Positions 52,289-62,800 of a stretch of 64,000 nt of DNA are shown in pieces. The stretch is taken from contig NC_081332.1 of NCBI RefSeq assembly GCF_022539665.2, forward strand, positions 310,001-374,000, in the 5' to 3' direction. The notes under the pieces are model-generated. The model saw only the letters and a program-made list of their open reading frames with translations, was not told the origin of the DNA and ran no database searches. The position numbers and the translations under genes are program-made. Numbering within the stretch: position 1 is the first letter of the stretch; every line of letters starts with the position of its first letter. The DNA is from Daphnia carinata (taxonomy: Eukaryota).

Positions 52289-53704
52289 TACTTATTCACG
52301 TTCGCTGCATATTACGCAAACACGCCACCAAACGCTCCCGAAGATGGCGTAAAATCACACCAAATCTAGAGTAGATTGGACCACCAATTTTTTTTACTAT
52401 AAAGGGGATGGCATTGTGTGTAGTAGGCTAATGTAAAAGGCCAGAACGCATTTTATGGTGCTAAATGCAAACTATAACAGGGTTTTTAAACGTATAACAT
52501 AAGATTAGTTGCACTAAAAATAAACACATGGTAAATTAGAAAAAAACCATTTCTAAATACATTAAAAAATCAAAAAGAGACACCAGAACCAACTGTGTAG
52601 CTTATAAAATACGAACACAGGCATTTAATTTCTGGGCAACACTTTCAGCACGAGTTTTTCAAATCTCTTTACAAGCAATACGGAAAATATTCTAAAATAT
52701 TGCAAAAGTATCTGGAATGTGAAACAAACATTTGCAAATTTTCCTATCTACAACTATACATTTTTACTGAATAACTAGGCGCTGTTTCGGTGGCAGGTCC
52801 TTCTTGACACTTGACGCAATTTTTAGGATGGGCTTCTTATTGACGTGGTTGTACTGTTCGCCTGCAAGTTGAGGCGCTAATTTTGAGTTTTGTCCAGACA
52901 CCGAAACAGAACCGATTTACAATTTCATATACGCTCTCCTGTAGCGAAACCACTCCAATACATTAAATTCCGCCGCGCGTAATCGCTGGAAGAATCATAC
53001 ATTTTTCAACATCAAAATCTTTCGTGCACAAAACTACATACTATTGTCTACCAGCGATAACGTTAGTGAGAAATTAACACGAAACTCCCAGAACACCTGC
53101 GAAAGAGTAAAACAGATCAAACATAGTCCCCAGGGCCCTCTTGGAAACCAAAAGAGAATTAAATATTTAATACTAGGAAACGTAGTTATCCTTTATTATT
53201 TTATTAGCAAACCAAATGTGACGTCATTAGCTGCGTGAAATTTTCAAATTTAACAAGCAAGTAAAAAATGAGTTTATCTGGCGCAACAGTGTCGGTGAAG
53301 TCATAGAATCGGCGTGTACGCGGTTCTATAGTAATAGTGCCGGAATTTTTTTCGTATAGAAATATTGCACGTAAAATTATCGGGTTTGTTGTTCGAAAGA
53401 TGAAAGAATGCTCTTTGTCTCTAATTTTTTTATGTAAAATCCGTTAAGGATTCTATGAAATAAATCATAGACATAATATATTGGGTCACCCCAAAAATCG
53501 CACGCACGGAGTGTTCCTACCCCCGACATAGCCTTAGGATATGGGGTGGCAAGGGTGGGAGAAATAGTAAGGTAAAAAAATTTCAGGTGAATTTTTTTTG
53601 CGAACTATCAAAGTGGAAATGCAAAAAAAGGCGCGTTTGTCAAAAAAGTGGCTTCTACGAAAAGGGTAGTGTTGAAAAATGTTTGTCGTTGGCCTCACAG
53701 TGTC

Positions 53705-53776
53705 ACATCCCACTGAGAATCGAACTCAGATTGTCAGAGTCAAAGTCTGAAGTGCTAACCATTACACCATGGAACC
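53705..53776 (-). tRNA. tRNA-Gln(TTG), acceptor-stem 3' end damaged (possible pseudogene)
   Basis: GGTTCCATGGTGTAATGGTTAGCACTTCAGACTTTGACTCTGACAATCTGAGTTCGATTCTCAGTGGGATGT; A and B boxes intact, G1:G72 mismatch. Confidence 0.8.
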
Positions 53777-53888
53777 ATAATATAAGTTCGACCCTGTAAG
53801 TTTCACGAAGAAACCAACGGTTTTATTGCGATTATAATTTCGTAAGTATTCGATAAATTTCGGTATCAATTGGAGGATTAAATGATCT

Positions 53889-53970
53889 CGACGAGGATGG
53901 GAACACTACCCCTGCGTGCAATACAAAATGTATTGGCAGTCCATCACCTTAACCACTCGGTCACCTCGTC
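53889..53970 (-). pseudogene. tRNA-Ser(GCT)-derived pseudogene, anticodon now GCC, T-loop/B-box destroyed
   Basis: GACGAGGTGACCGAGTGGTTAAGGTGATGGACTGCCAATACAT...GGGGTAGTGTTCCCATCCTCGTCG, compared with the intact copy at 55020-55101. Confidence 0.85.
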
Positions 53971-54087
53971 CCCAAACTGATTACAATTTTACTCGAGTAA
54001 CAATGAACCGTAAGCCTTTTTTCAATAAACATTCCCAGCATTGGGCATGTATGCACAATATTTGAATTATAGAATATGATTTCATGT

Positions 54088-54160
54088 CGCCCGATGAGGG
54101 ACTTGAACCCTCGACCTCAGGATTAAAAGTCCCGCGCTCTACCGACTGAGCTAACCGGGC
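54088..54160 (-). tRNA. tRNA-Lys(TTT)
   Basis: GCCCGGTTAGCTCAGTCGGTAGAGCGCGGGACTTTTAATCCTGAGGTCGAGGGTTCAAGTCCCTCATCGGGCG; 73 nt, all stems pair. Confidence 0.93.
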
Positions 54161-54259
54161 TTACATATTGTGTCTGCCATGATAACTTCACTTGTGTCTT
54201 TACTGCACCCTACCAAAGAATGATCTGTTTTACATGATTAATTTTCTAATTAATACAAT

Positions 54260-54332
54260 GCCTCGATAGCGCAGTAGGCAGCGCGCGAGTCTCATAATCT
54301 CGAGGTCGTGAGTTCGAACCTCACTCGGGGCA
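54260..54332 (+). tRNA. Elongator tRNA-Met(CAT)
   Basis: GCCTCGATAGCGCAGTAGGCAGCGCGCGAGTCTCATAATCTCGAGGTCGTGAGTTCGAACCTCACTCGGGGCA; 73 nt cloverleaf with a downstream T-run. Confidence 0.94.
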
Positions 54333-54835
54333 GTTTCTGCATTAGGTTTTTGTTCCAACATTTAGATCCAACTCGCACTGCAAGGACAGTGTTCGATCGC
54401 ATCGTTCTGAATTTTAATTCAAACATGAACCAAATCCAAATCGATCCGCCCGATCACTGGGAGATAATCGTCTTAGGGAAATTGCACTGAGAGTAAAACA
54501 AGTTAACCGATTCAGAAGAAAACAGCATAACTTAAACCACAGAAATAGGTTGTTACTTAGTGTTCCAAACCGTGTATCAAAGTAGTATTCGGGGAGGAAA
54601 AGAAGCAGGCGACAAAATAAGGGGGAGAACAGTTAATATGTTTTAGCTTTCAAGGTAGAGCCAGTCTCAAGGACACAGGAGAAATGGTTCAAACGTTGAC
54701 TTAAAGAAGGGGTAAGTTTCTACGATACACTTGAAAACTTTCACAGTGGAAATGAAAAAAAGCGCGTTTGTCACAAGAGTGGCTTCTACGAAAAGGGTAG
54801 TGTTGAAAAATGTTTGTCGTTGGCTTCACTGTCTC

Positions 54836-54907
54836 AGGTCCTACTGAGAATCGAACTCAGATTGTCAGAGTCAGAGTCTGAAGTGCTAACCATTACACCA
54901 TGGAACC
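54836..54907 (-). tRNA. tRNA-Gln(CTG)
   Basis: Same body as 53705-53776 but anticodon CTG and 3' end TAGGACCT (one C6:A mismatch). Confidence 0.87.
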
Positions 54908-55019
54908 GTCATTTAAGTTTGACCCTGTAAGTTTCACCAAGAAACCAACGGTTTTATTGTGATTATAATTTCGCAAGTATTCGATAAATTTCGTTATCAA
55001 TTGGAGGATTAAATTATTA

Positions 55020-55101
55020 CGACGAAGATGGGATTCGAACCCACGCGTGCAATGCACAATGGATTAGCAGTCCATCACCTTAACCGCTCGGTCACCTCGT
55101 C
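55020..55101 (-). tRNA. tRNA-Ser(GCT)
   Basis: GACGAGGTGACCGAGCGGTTAAGGTGATGGACTGCTAATCCATTGTGCATTGCACGCGTGGGTTCGAATCCCATCTTCGTCG; 82 nt with a long variable arm. Confidence 0.93.
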
Positions 55102-55134
55102 CGCCATCTGGCTCGAATTTCACTTGGGTCACAA

Positions 55135-55780
55135 TGTTTGAGATTTGCCCTTTGGCTGGGCCACTCAATGCCGGAGTCTGCCGGCTCAGCGTAAAGTAGT
55201 GGACTGAGACTTATTAGTCTCAGGGTAATAGCCGCGTTACGTCCAGGCAGGCCGCCGGTGGGGGTGCCGGTCGGCAAGGGTTTGACGGGCTGGACCTCAA
55301 ATACGATGTCGAGCGCGAAATGTAGCTTCGAAAAGCCGGGGCCACCTGACGCGGCCAATGTGACGGACACGAATAATAAACGCTGAATTACTTATGATTC
55401 TTGGCGTGGAGTGCCCCCGGGTTGATGGTCCAGCTGAAGCGACGGCGAGACAGGATTTCGCGCAACCGGGCAAAACCGTTAACGGCTTCGTTGGAGTCGT
55501 CGAGAAAAGAGACGGCCAAACGGAACTGGTTGACGGGCGGTGAGTGGGTGATCCACGGCCGGGCAGAGGTAGACGGCCGAGCACAGCAAGCAGTGACAAG
55601 TGATATAAGAGAATACTTGAGGGTAGTTACCAGGCTGAATGAAGAGACCACTCCGGGGGCTTCGGTGAAACTCGTGTGTATTTACTCAGCCGAAAACCGG
55701 CCTTTATATACTCAACATTTACAAAACACCGTTGACTAATATATACAATAAACATACATAAGTTTAAACGCTGGAGTAGA
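55135..55780 (-). mobile_element. LTR-like segment: either the terminus of an outer LTR element or the distal part of one long 3' LTR
   Basis: Homology to the tRNA repeat stops at a TGT/ACA terminus (55135), followed by an abrupt GC rise. The minus strand has a TATA-like GTATATAAAG (~55701-55711) and then AGTAAA. Confidence 0.55.
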
Positions 55781-58700
55781 TGTCACCGTTGTTCCGTCAC
55801 CCGTTTTAGCCGCAGGATCCTCCGCTTCTTCCAACCTCGAACTCCCCTCCACCGACCCTCCGTCGGTTCCTCCATCGTCAACACCCTCCTTACTCTGGGC
55901 TAAAACAGGCTCCAGTCACGATGGTTTTTGGTGTTGATTTATGAGAGCGGTCGGTAGAGACCGCCTCACATAGCTGTAAAAGACGTCAAGTAATTTTAAT
56001 AATATGCTATCGGCTTCCGACCTTCTATGTCAAGGATTCGCCGAGCAAATCTTTCTAACTCCCGTTTCCATTCCGTCGTCTGCCGTCTACCGGTATGTCA
56101 TTTCCATTGGCCGGGAACTTCTTGGTTAGTTCCCGCCTAGCGTTGGACTTACCCCGGCTACCGACTCTTCGGTGCCGAGTGCCCGGGCTTCTGTTGCCAT
56201 TCCGTCTATCCCTCTGCCGTCCCTTCGGACTGCTCCAGACGTCGGAATTTCCGACACTCCCCCCGTTAGACCTTCTTCCAACTCAGAGTCTGAGCTGTCC
56301 GCTACGTCTCCGTCTTGGAACGGTAGAGTATTTCTATGATCATCGTCTATCGTCCCTGCTTGTAACTCTAGTGGGTATAGACATTTAATGTCCCTGTATA
56401 TTGGCTTTGATCCTTTGCCTTTGAACTTATCGGCAACCAATACTGCCACTCTTCTAAACTTATTGTCCGAGCCGGGATACAATTTGGCCACTCTCCCTAC
56501 TTTCCACTTTGTTCTTTTGGAATTCTCATCGTGTATAAATACCACCTGGCCGACTTCAACCTGCTTCGTTCTGCCCGGTGTCGGGCAATGAAACTTCTCT
56601 AGGTTTGCCACATATTCTTTATAAAAGTCTTCCCACCAGCCTGCTAGTAGGTTTCTCCTCATTCTCTCTCTCTTGGTTAAGGGTATTCTGTCCGAATATT
56701 CCCTTTCTTCATCGTCCACCGGGTGTTTCTGATTTTGTCTGTAACCCGTGATAAGTTGCTTCGGTGTTAGAGGCTCATTGTCGTCGTACGAGACGTACGT
56801 CAACGGCCTTGTGTTTATCGTGTCTTCAATCTCTGCCAGTACAGTCTGGAACAAATCATATTCCAGACATTCGTTTCCATACGTTTTATGTAGTAACCTC
56901 TTTACTGTCTGGACCATTCTCTCCCAAAACCCACCCCACCAAGGGGAGAGACTTGGGGAGAATCGCCACTTGACATTCAGGTCTACCAGTGTATTATACA
57001 CCTTCTCACTTTTGTAGGCCGCTCTCAAATACTTAGCGGCTTGTGTAAACGTTTTAGCGTTGTCTGAATACATGGCTTTCGGCACCCCTCTCCTTGCAAA
57101 AAACCTTCTCAGGGCAAAGATGCAGGTCGCCGTTTCTTGGTCTGCAGTCATTTCTAAGTGTTCGGCTCTTGTTACCGCACACGTAAATAGACAAATATAA
57201 GCTTTCGCTTTCCCACCTCTTGCTGTGAGTCTTATCGGGATGGGTCCCGCAAAATCAATCCCCGTCACGTTGAACGGGTTTGCCATTTGCAGTCTATCTA
57301 CCGGTAGGGGTGCCGGTACTTCGTTGAATGGCCTTGAATCTAATTTCTGGCACTTCATGCACCTCCTTAATTCTTTCTTGATCGTCTGCCTCAGTCTTGG
57401 GATCCAAAACGTCCGCCTTACTTCCACCATTGTCGTGCTCACTCCAGTATGCAGTAGCCGCTCGTGCGTCTGCTCTATGGGTTTGCCCTTCAAGTAGTGG
57501 TTCTCTGGTAGCAAGATCACCGCTTCTCGGCCGTTGAGCCGCAACCAGTTTTCTTGCCGGCCGTAACACCTGATTAGCCCGTTTCTTCCGTCCCAGGCCA
57601 ACCCTAGCTTTCTCAGCTTGTCATTTTTCCAGGGCTTTTTTTCTTTTATGGCTTCCCTTACATCGGGGAATGCTTCATTCTGCATCTTCCGCCACAAGTC
57701 TAACTCTGCTTGTTCTACCTCTTCTACTGCGAGAATGTTGAACCGTTTCTTGTCGGTTCCACTCGACACTTCTGCCAGCGGTGTCTCGGGATTCGATTGT
57801 CCCCTAAACCTCTTCACCCCTCTTTTCACTGTCGCCCAGATCCTGACGACCGTGCGCAGTGAACTATAGTTTTCGTACCATTCTTTTTCCTTTGGTATCG
57901 AAATACTACATTGTGTTATCTCTTTGGCTTTTTCCTCTTTCCTGATTTCTACCGTACAATCCAGCTCCACCTGTGCTGGATTCTTCGGCCAACTCTCTTT
58001 TTTGTTCAGCCACTTTGGGCCAAACCACCAATCACACTTTTGGTTCAGCTGGCTCACTGAAGCCCCTCTCGATGCTATATCTGCCGGGTTTTGCACTCCC
58101 GGGCAGTGCCTTATCGATTCTATATCGATTTTCTCCCTGATTTCTGTCACTCGGTTGTGAACGAACTGTTTCCAACGGCCCGATTCGCCTTTCATCCACC
58201 AGTAGGCTATCGCCGAATCTGTCCACAGTGTTTTCTCAAACGATCGTCCAAGGGACCTTTCAATGTATTCCCCCAGCCTGACTGCCAGCAAATTGCTGAG
58301 CAGCTCCAACCTGGGGGCTGATACTGATTTCTTGGGGTCCGGTGCTATCCGGGTTTTGCTGCATAACAGCTTTGTCTCTTCTCCGGTCTCTAAATATGCG
58401 GCTACACTGTACGCGTCGTCACTCGCGTCACAAAACAAGTGTAGCCTCGGTGAACGGATCTCTCCAGTCCACCGTCCCAGCTTAGTGTTCGTAAGATCTG
58501 ACAAACTTTTAATGAATGTCTCCCAGTGTGGCATTATGCTTGCCGACACTGGTTCATCCCAGCCTGTCTTGTCTATCCAGACCTTTTGCATAATGATGAT
58601 GAAATGAGTCCGTCTCCGGATCCCAAGTGACCCCTAATGCTTTTACGGTCTTTTCCGTATTGTCTCCCATTGTTATTTCGTTGTTCTGGAACTGCAACGT

Positions 58701-58822
58701 CTGTAACCGTTCTCTCAGTTCCTCGCTATTTATCGTCCATTTCCTAAGCTCCATTTTAGCTGAGCTGAACAGTCTCTGCGCCTGCGTTATCAGATCGATT
58801 GCTTGGGGAATGCTGCTGGCTC
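55781..58822 (-). mobile_element. BEL/Pao LTR retrotransposon, 3' part (RT C-terminus, RNase H, integrase, PPT 56257-56264, 3' LTR ~56256-55781), defective and interrupted
   Basis: LHLFCDAS, SKTRIAP, PRLELLS, WTDS, NPADIASRG, H..H..CMKC, GIDFAGP, SDNA, WWGGFWERMV, INTRPLT. GGGGGGAG|TGTCGG marks the PPT/LTR junction, and the LTR can close at GTGACA (55781). A deletion/frameshift lies near 58590-58610 (the TKR..DPLG segment is missing). Confidence 0.9.
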
Positions 58823-59397
58823 TGTTGGGAAGTTTGAACCTTCCCAGCAAGCGACACCAAAGCCCCCTCAAGCAAGTGATGTCACACTCGTCGATCCAGA
58901 CAGCGAGTGACGTCACGAGACACCACAGACTGCCCCTAGCTGAACGGAGGCGAAACGGAAGAGGGAATGGATCCCTTTTCTTTGTATCGCGTGGCGCTCT
59001 CCCTCTGCCTTACTATTTTTCGTCGTATGTCGAATTATCGATCAGAACGCATTCGTTTTTTGGTACTTGGACAGTACATACTTGTACATCTCGTGTCCTT
59101 TCGACCACTTCGACTAAACGTAGTTGTCCCTATTTTCGTCCCTTTTTTTCGATTTTCGTCGATAACTTTCTGGCCGCCATTGACAGCGTGCCTTCGTGTC
59201 TTCTTCTTGTTCAAATCTCGGTTTGTCTCGTTTTGTGTGTATCTATTGACTGTTAAACGGGCCGGCAACTCGTTTACCATCGTCACAGACTTGTGTTTCG
59301 TGTCTTAAGTTTCGTGGGCTGGCAACCCATACAATCGGAGAAGAAAATAAACTTAGTTTAAACATTATCGAACGCCTACATTCGTGTCTTTGGAACA
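58823..59397 (+). repeat. 5' LTR (575 bp, TGTT...AACA) of the plus-strand BEL/Pao element
   Basis: Starts TGTTGG exactly where the minus-strand RT frame (..ASSIPQAIDL) is cut; AATAAA at 59346; ends GGAACA just before the PBS. Confidence 0.85.
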
Positions 59398-59400
59398 TTT

Positions 59401-59419
59401 TGGTGCATCGACCGGGAAT
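59401..59419 (+). promoter_or_regulatory. Primer-binding site complementary to the tRNA-Gly 3' end
   Basis: TGGTGCATCGACCGGGAAT, 3 nt after the LTR; matches the reverse complement of the tRNA-Gly(GCC) 3' end + CCA as recalled, with one mismatch. Confidence 0.8.
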
Positions 59420-59822
59420 TATTCCCATTTGGCATTCGACCAACGTGACTCGTGTAGTGCAACAACATTCTTGTAAAGTCCCGCGTGGCAATCGTATCGT
59501 GAATTTCGTGTTGACTGAAATTTAACGCTCAGCGTTTCGCCAAAGACTAGTCGTAGTGGCTTTTATCCGACGTTTTTGTACTACGCGCCGTGTACAAACC
59601 ACCATCTTTACCTTGAGCCTCAGGCTGTCACGTGGTTTTGTAAATCGTCATCCTCTAATTTTGACTTCAAGATTGTCGAGTTATCGCCCCAAGCTGCCTC
59701 ACCTGAATAGAAGAGCAAGACTGTACGTTTTCTGTACCTTTGCTTGAGCGTACCAAAATCCTGCTCGACGTCGTGAGCTGCATAATTAATTCGGAACTAT
59801 AGAACAATTCGTGATCGACAAT

Positions 59823-62800
59823 ATGGCTGAAGCAACGGTTAATCTTACGGCCATCTACGAGGACGAAGAGCATAGTGACTCGTGGGAAAATGTAAATGAC
59901 CCAGAGAGGCTGAAAAGATCTCGTTCCGGTAGAAAAACCGTCCACACCAAAACGGGAAAACGGTTGATGGCGTCCGTTAGAATAGGAGATGATCGAGACA
60001 CCGTCCGAACGCTTCGTGCAGTATACGTCCGTGATTTTGACGATCTTGAAGCACGTCATGATCAGTATGTCGCATGTGCTAATTTATCCCCGGAACAGGC
60101 CGAGATGGAGAGACAATGGTTCCAAGCTGCCGCGTATGAACACCAAGAGCTTGTCGATAAAGTTGACCTCTATTTAGCCAGCCTCTCAACTCGATCAGTA
60201 CATTCTTCTCGTTCCAGCCGGTCGGTCCGTAGTTCCAGTGTTTCATCAACACTCGCAAAGATCCATGAAGCCGAAAGACTTCAAAGGGAAGCTGAACTGA
60301 GATTACAGCAAGCGGGAGAGGAGTCAAAACGGCGAGAAGAAGAAGAAGCTTATCTGTTGAAAGCCGAAGCCAACAGACAACAACGTTTGCTGCAAGCCGA
60401 AGTTGACAGACAACAACACCTGTTACAAGTTGAAGCTGACCGAAAACAACATCAAAGACAGGTCGATTCCTCTAGGAAGCAGCGAGAATTGCACAACGAG
60501 GTCGAACGTCAACGACTTAGCGGCGCCATTATGCGTCAACAGCTTTCCGAAGTATTAGCGGACGACACCGTGCCTAGGCATAATGAGCAACCGACAAAGA
60601 CAGAGACGCAGCCGGCAGATGATCTACAACATACCACGATGGCGCCGCAAATGACGTCAGACGTAATGATAACTAATCAAGCGATGAACCCGCCTGTGTC
60701 AAACCGCCGTGCCTTACCTACAGTTCCTCCACCGATGACTCGTCGTTCGACTGCCCTAGCACCGTCGATGTCATTTACCGCTCCGCACCCGTCAAATGGG
60801 CCCTCGGTCGTGAACGACACCTGTCGATCAATGGCATTTCCAAATAATACTGCTGCCCAGGCTTTCGTCCCGCTTAGTCCTGTGCAACCTGTACACGCAT
60901 CAGATCCTCCAACGCAGACCGATGACAGATACCAGCATCCACCTGGTATCTATACGCCAGATGCATGGATCCAAGATTTGGGCACTCCATACGCTACCAC
61001 TGTCCGTTCCGGAATCAAACCACCGAGGCTTCGAGTGCCACATTTTCAGGGAGACCCACGCAGTTGGCCTATGTTCATTCAAACGTTCAAGATTTTGGTC
61101 CATGACGCTGTTGGATCGGATGCCGAAAGGATCACGCATCTCCGCGAAGCACTGTCGCCGGAGATAAGAAAAAACATTGGAGACGCCCTATTGAATCCCG
61201 GGCTCTACCAACATGCTCTTATGGAGCTACACAAGAGGTACGGCAATCCACAAATTGTGGCTCAAGCATGCATCACTTCACTTCTGAAGCTCCGCGCTTT
61301 CAAAGATGGGGACTTCCAGGCGCTGAAAACCTTCTCTGCTGACTTGCACTCCGTAGTCGCAACTTTACGCCTCGGCGGCTATGGTCTTGAGCTGCACAGC
61401 CATGCGACATTATCACAGTTAGTCTCTAAGCTCCCGCCGATGTTAAGAAGCATATGGGGAGAAAGGAGCTGGTCGATGCAACCCCACCTATCAACCATCG
61501 ACGATTTCGACCACTGGCTGGATGACATCGCTATGGTGGAACTTTCCATTCGTTCAGCTTTCGTCGATTTGAATTCGACTACCCATTTCAACGGGAAAGG
61601 AGTTAACAACGCAAAGGGTCGACAGCCGACGACCCACCAAGTCTTTAACACTACCAACACGACAATCTGTCCTGCATGCAGTGGCCATGGCAAGCACCCT
61701 TTGAGCGAATGTCGACAATTTAAGCAACTCCCTGTTGAGAAGAGAGTTGCGATCGTTAAAAATTGTAAGCTGCCTGCTTCCGTTGCCTGGATCGTGGCCA
61801 CTTTAGTCACGATTGTAGGCGGAAAGAACGTTGCACCAGTACAAATTGCAGTGGTTTCCATCACCCTTTAATGCATGGAGCCCCCATAGTCTTCCCGAAA
61901 AAGCAAGTAGATTTCGACGGTGCCACATTTTCGGGTTCTATGGTCGTCAGTTCATCTAGCGGCCGAACGCTTCTGCCAATAGTGCCGATACTCTTGAAAG
62001 CAAACGGAAAGGAAGTTTATACTTTCGCTCTTCTTGATTCCGGAAGTGAGATTTCGGTTTTAAGGCGTCGTACGGCAAATAAATTAGGCATTAAAGGGAG
62101 AACTGAAAAGATGGTGACAAAGACGGTGAAGGGAGAAGGTGAAGCTGTTAACACCGAAGTCGTCTGCTTCAACATCTCTTCGCTCGACCGAATTTTCAAC
62201 TTCAACGTCGTGGATGCGCACATCATGGATTCATTCGAATTGACGAAGCGACCATTCGACCTGGCCCAGCTCGCAAAAACATGGCCACATCTCGCCCATG
62301 TACCCGTCCATTCTGTCGAAACCGAAGATGTCGCAGTACTCGTCGGTCAAGACCATCCCTCAGCTCTCGAGATATTTGAAACTCGGAAGGATCCACTTCA
62401 GCAACGAGCCCCTTGTGCCCATCTGACTGCCTTCAGCTGGTGGCCGACGCACCCATCGACTTCTCGTGAAATCAGCTGCTTCCACGTCAGCTCCCACGAA
62501 GAGGAAATGTCGTCCATGGTCCGCCAGTTTATCGAAACAGACACTTTCGGAACTAAGCTGAATGTTGTGCTACCAATCAGTCAAGACGAAAAGAGGGCCT
62601 GGAAGATTCAAAGGGAAACAACAAGACACATCGGTGAACGATATGAATGCGGCCTACTATGGAAGACCGACTACCCCAATCTTCACAACAACTTTTTTGC
62701 AGCCCACAGGCGATTTCTGAGTCTCGAAAGGAAGTTCGTCAAGGATCCTAGTTTGGCAGATACCTACCGCAACGTCATAGAAACTTACGTGTCGTCAAAA

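Larger units (their letters stand above)
53600..55134. repeat. Tandem tRNA-cluster repeat (Gln-Ser-Lys-Met unit, 1131-bp period); second unit truncated by an LTR
   Basis: ~53600-54005 is homologous to ~54735-55136, including the spacers. Gln and Ser starts are both offset by exactly 1131 bp. Confidence 0.9.

Noticed and set aside
55102..55134. Apparent PBS (TTGTGACCC) and gag start (ATGGCGGACGAG) fused to tRNA-Ser
   Set aside because: These 33 bp align with the 5' flank of the other tRNA-Ser copy, so they are native array spacer rather than element sequence.
61755..61770. Programmed -1 gag-pol frameshift at TAAAAAT
   Set aside because: Not an X XXY YYZ heptamer, the -1 frame has a TAA at 61766 just downstream, and BEL/Pao elements normally use a single ORF; a 1-nt deletion is simpler.
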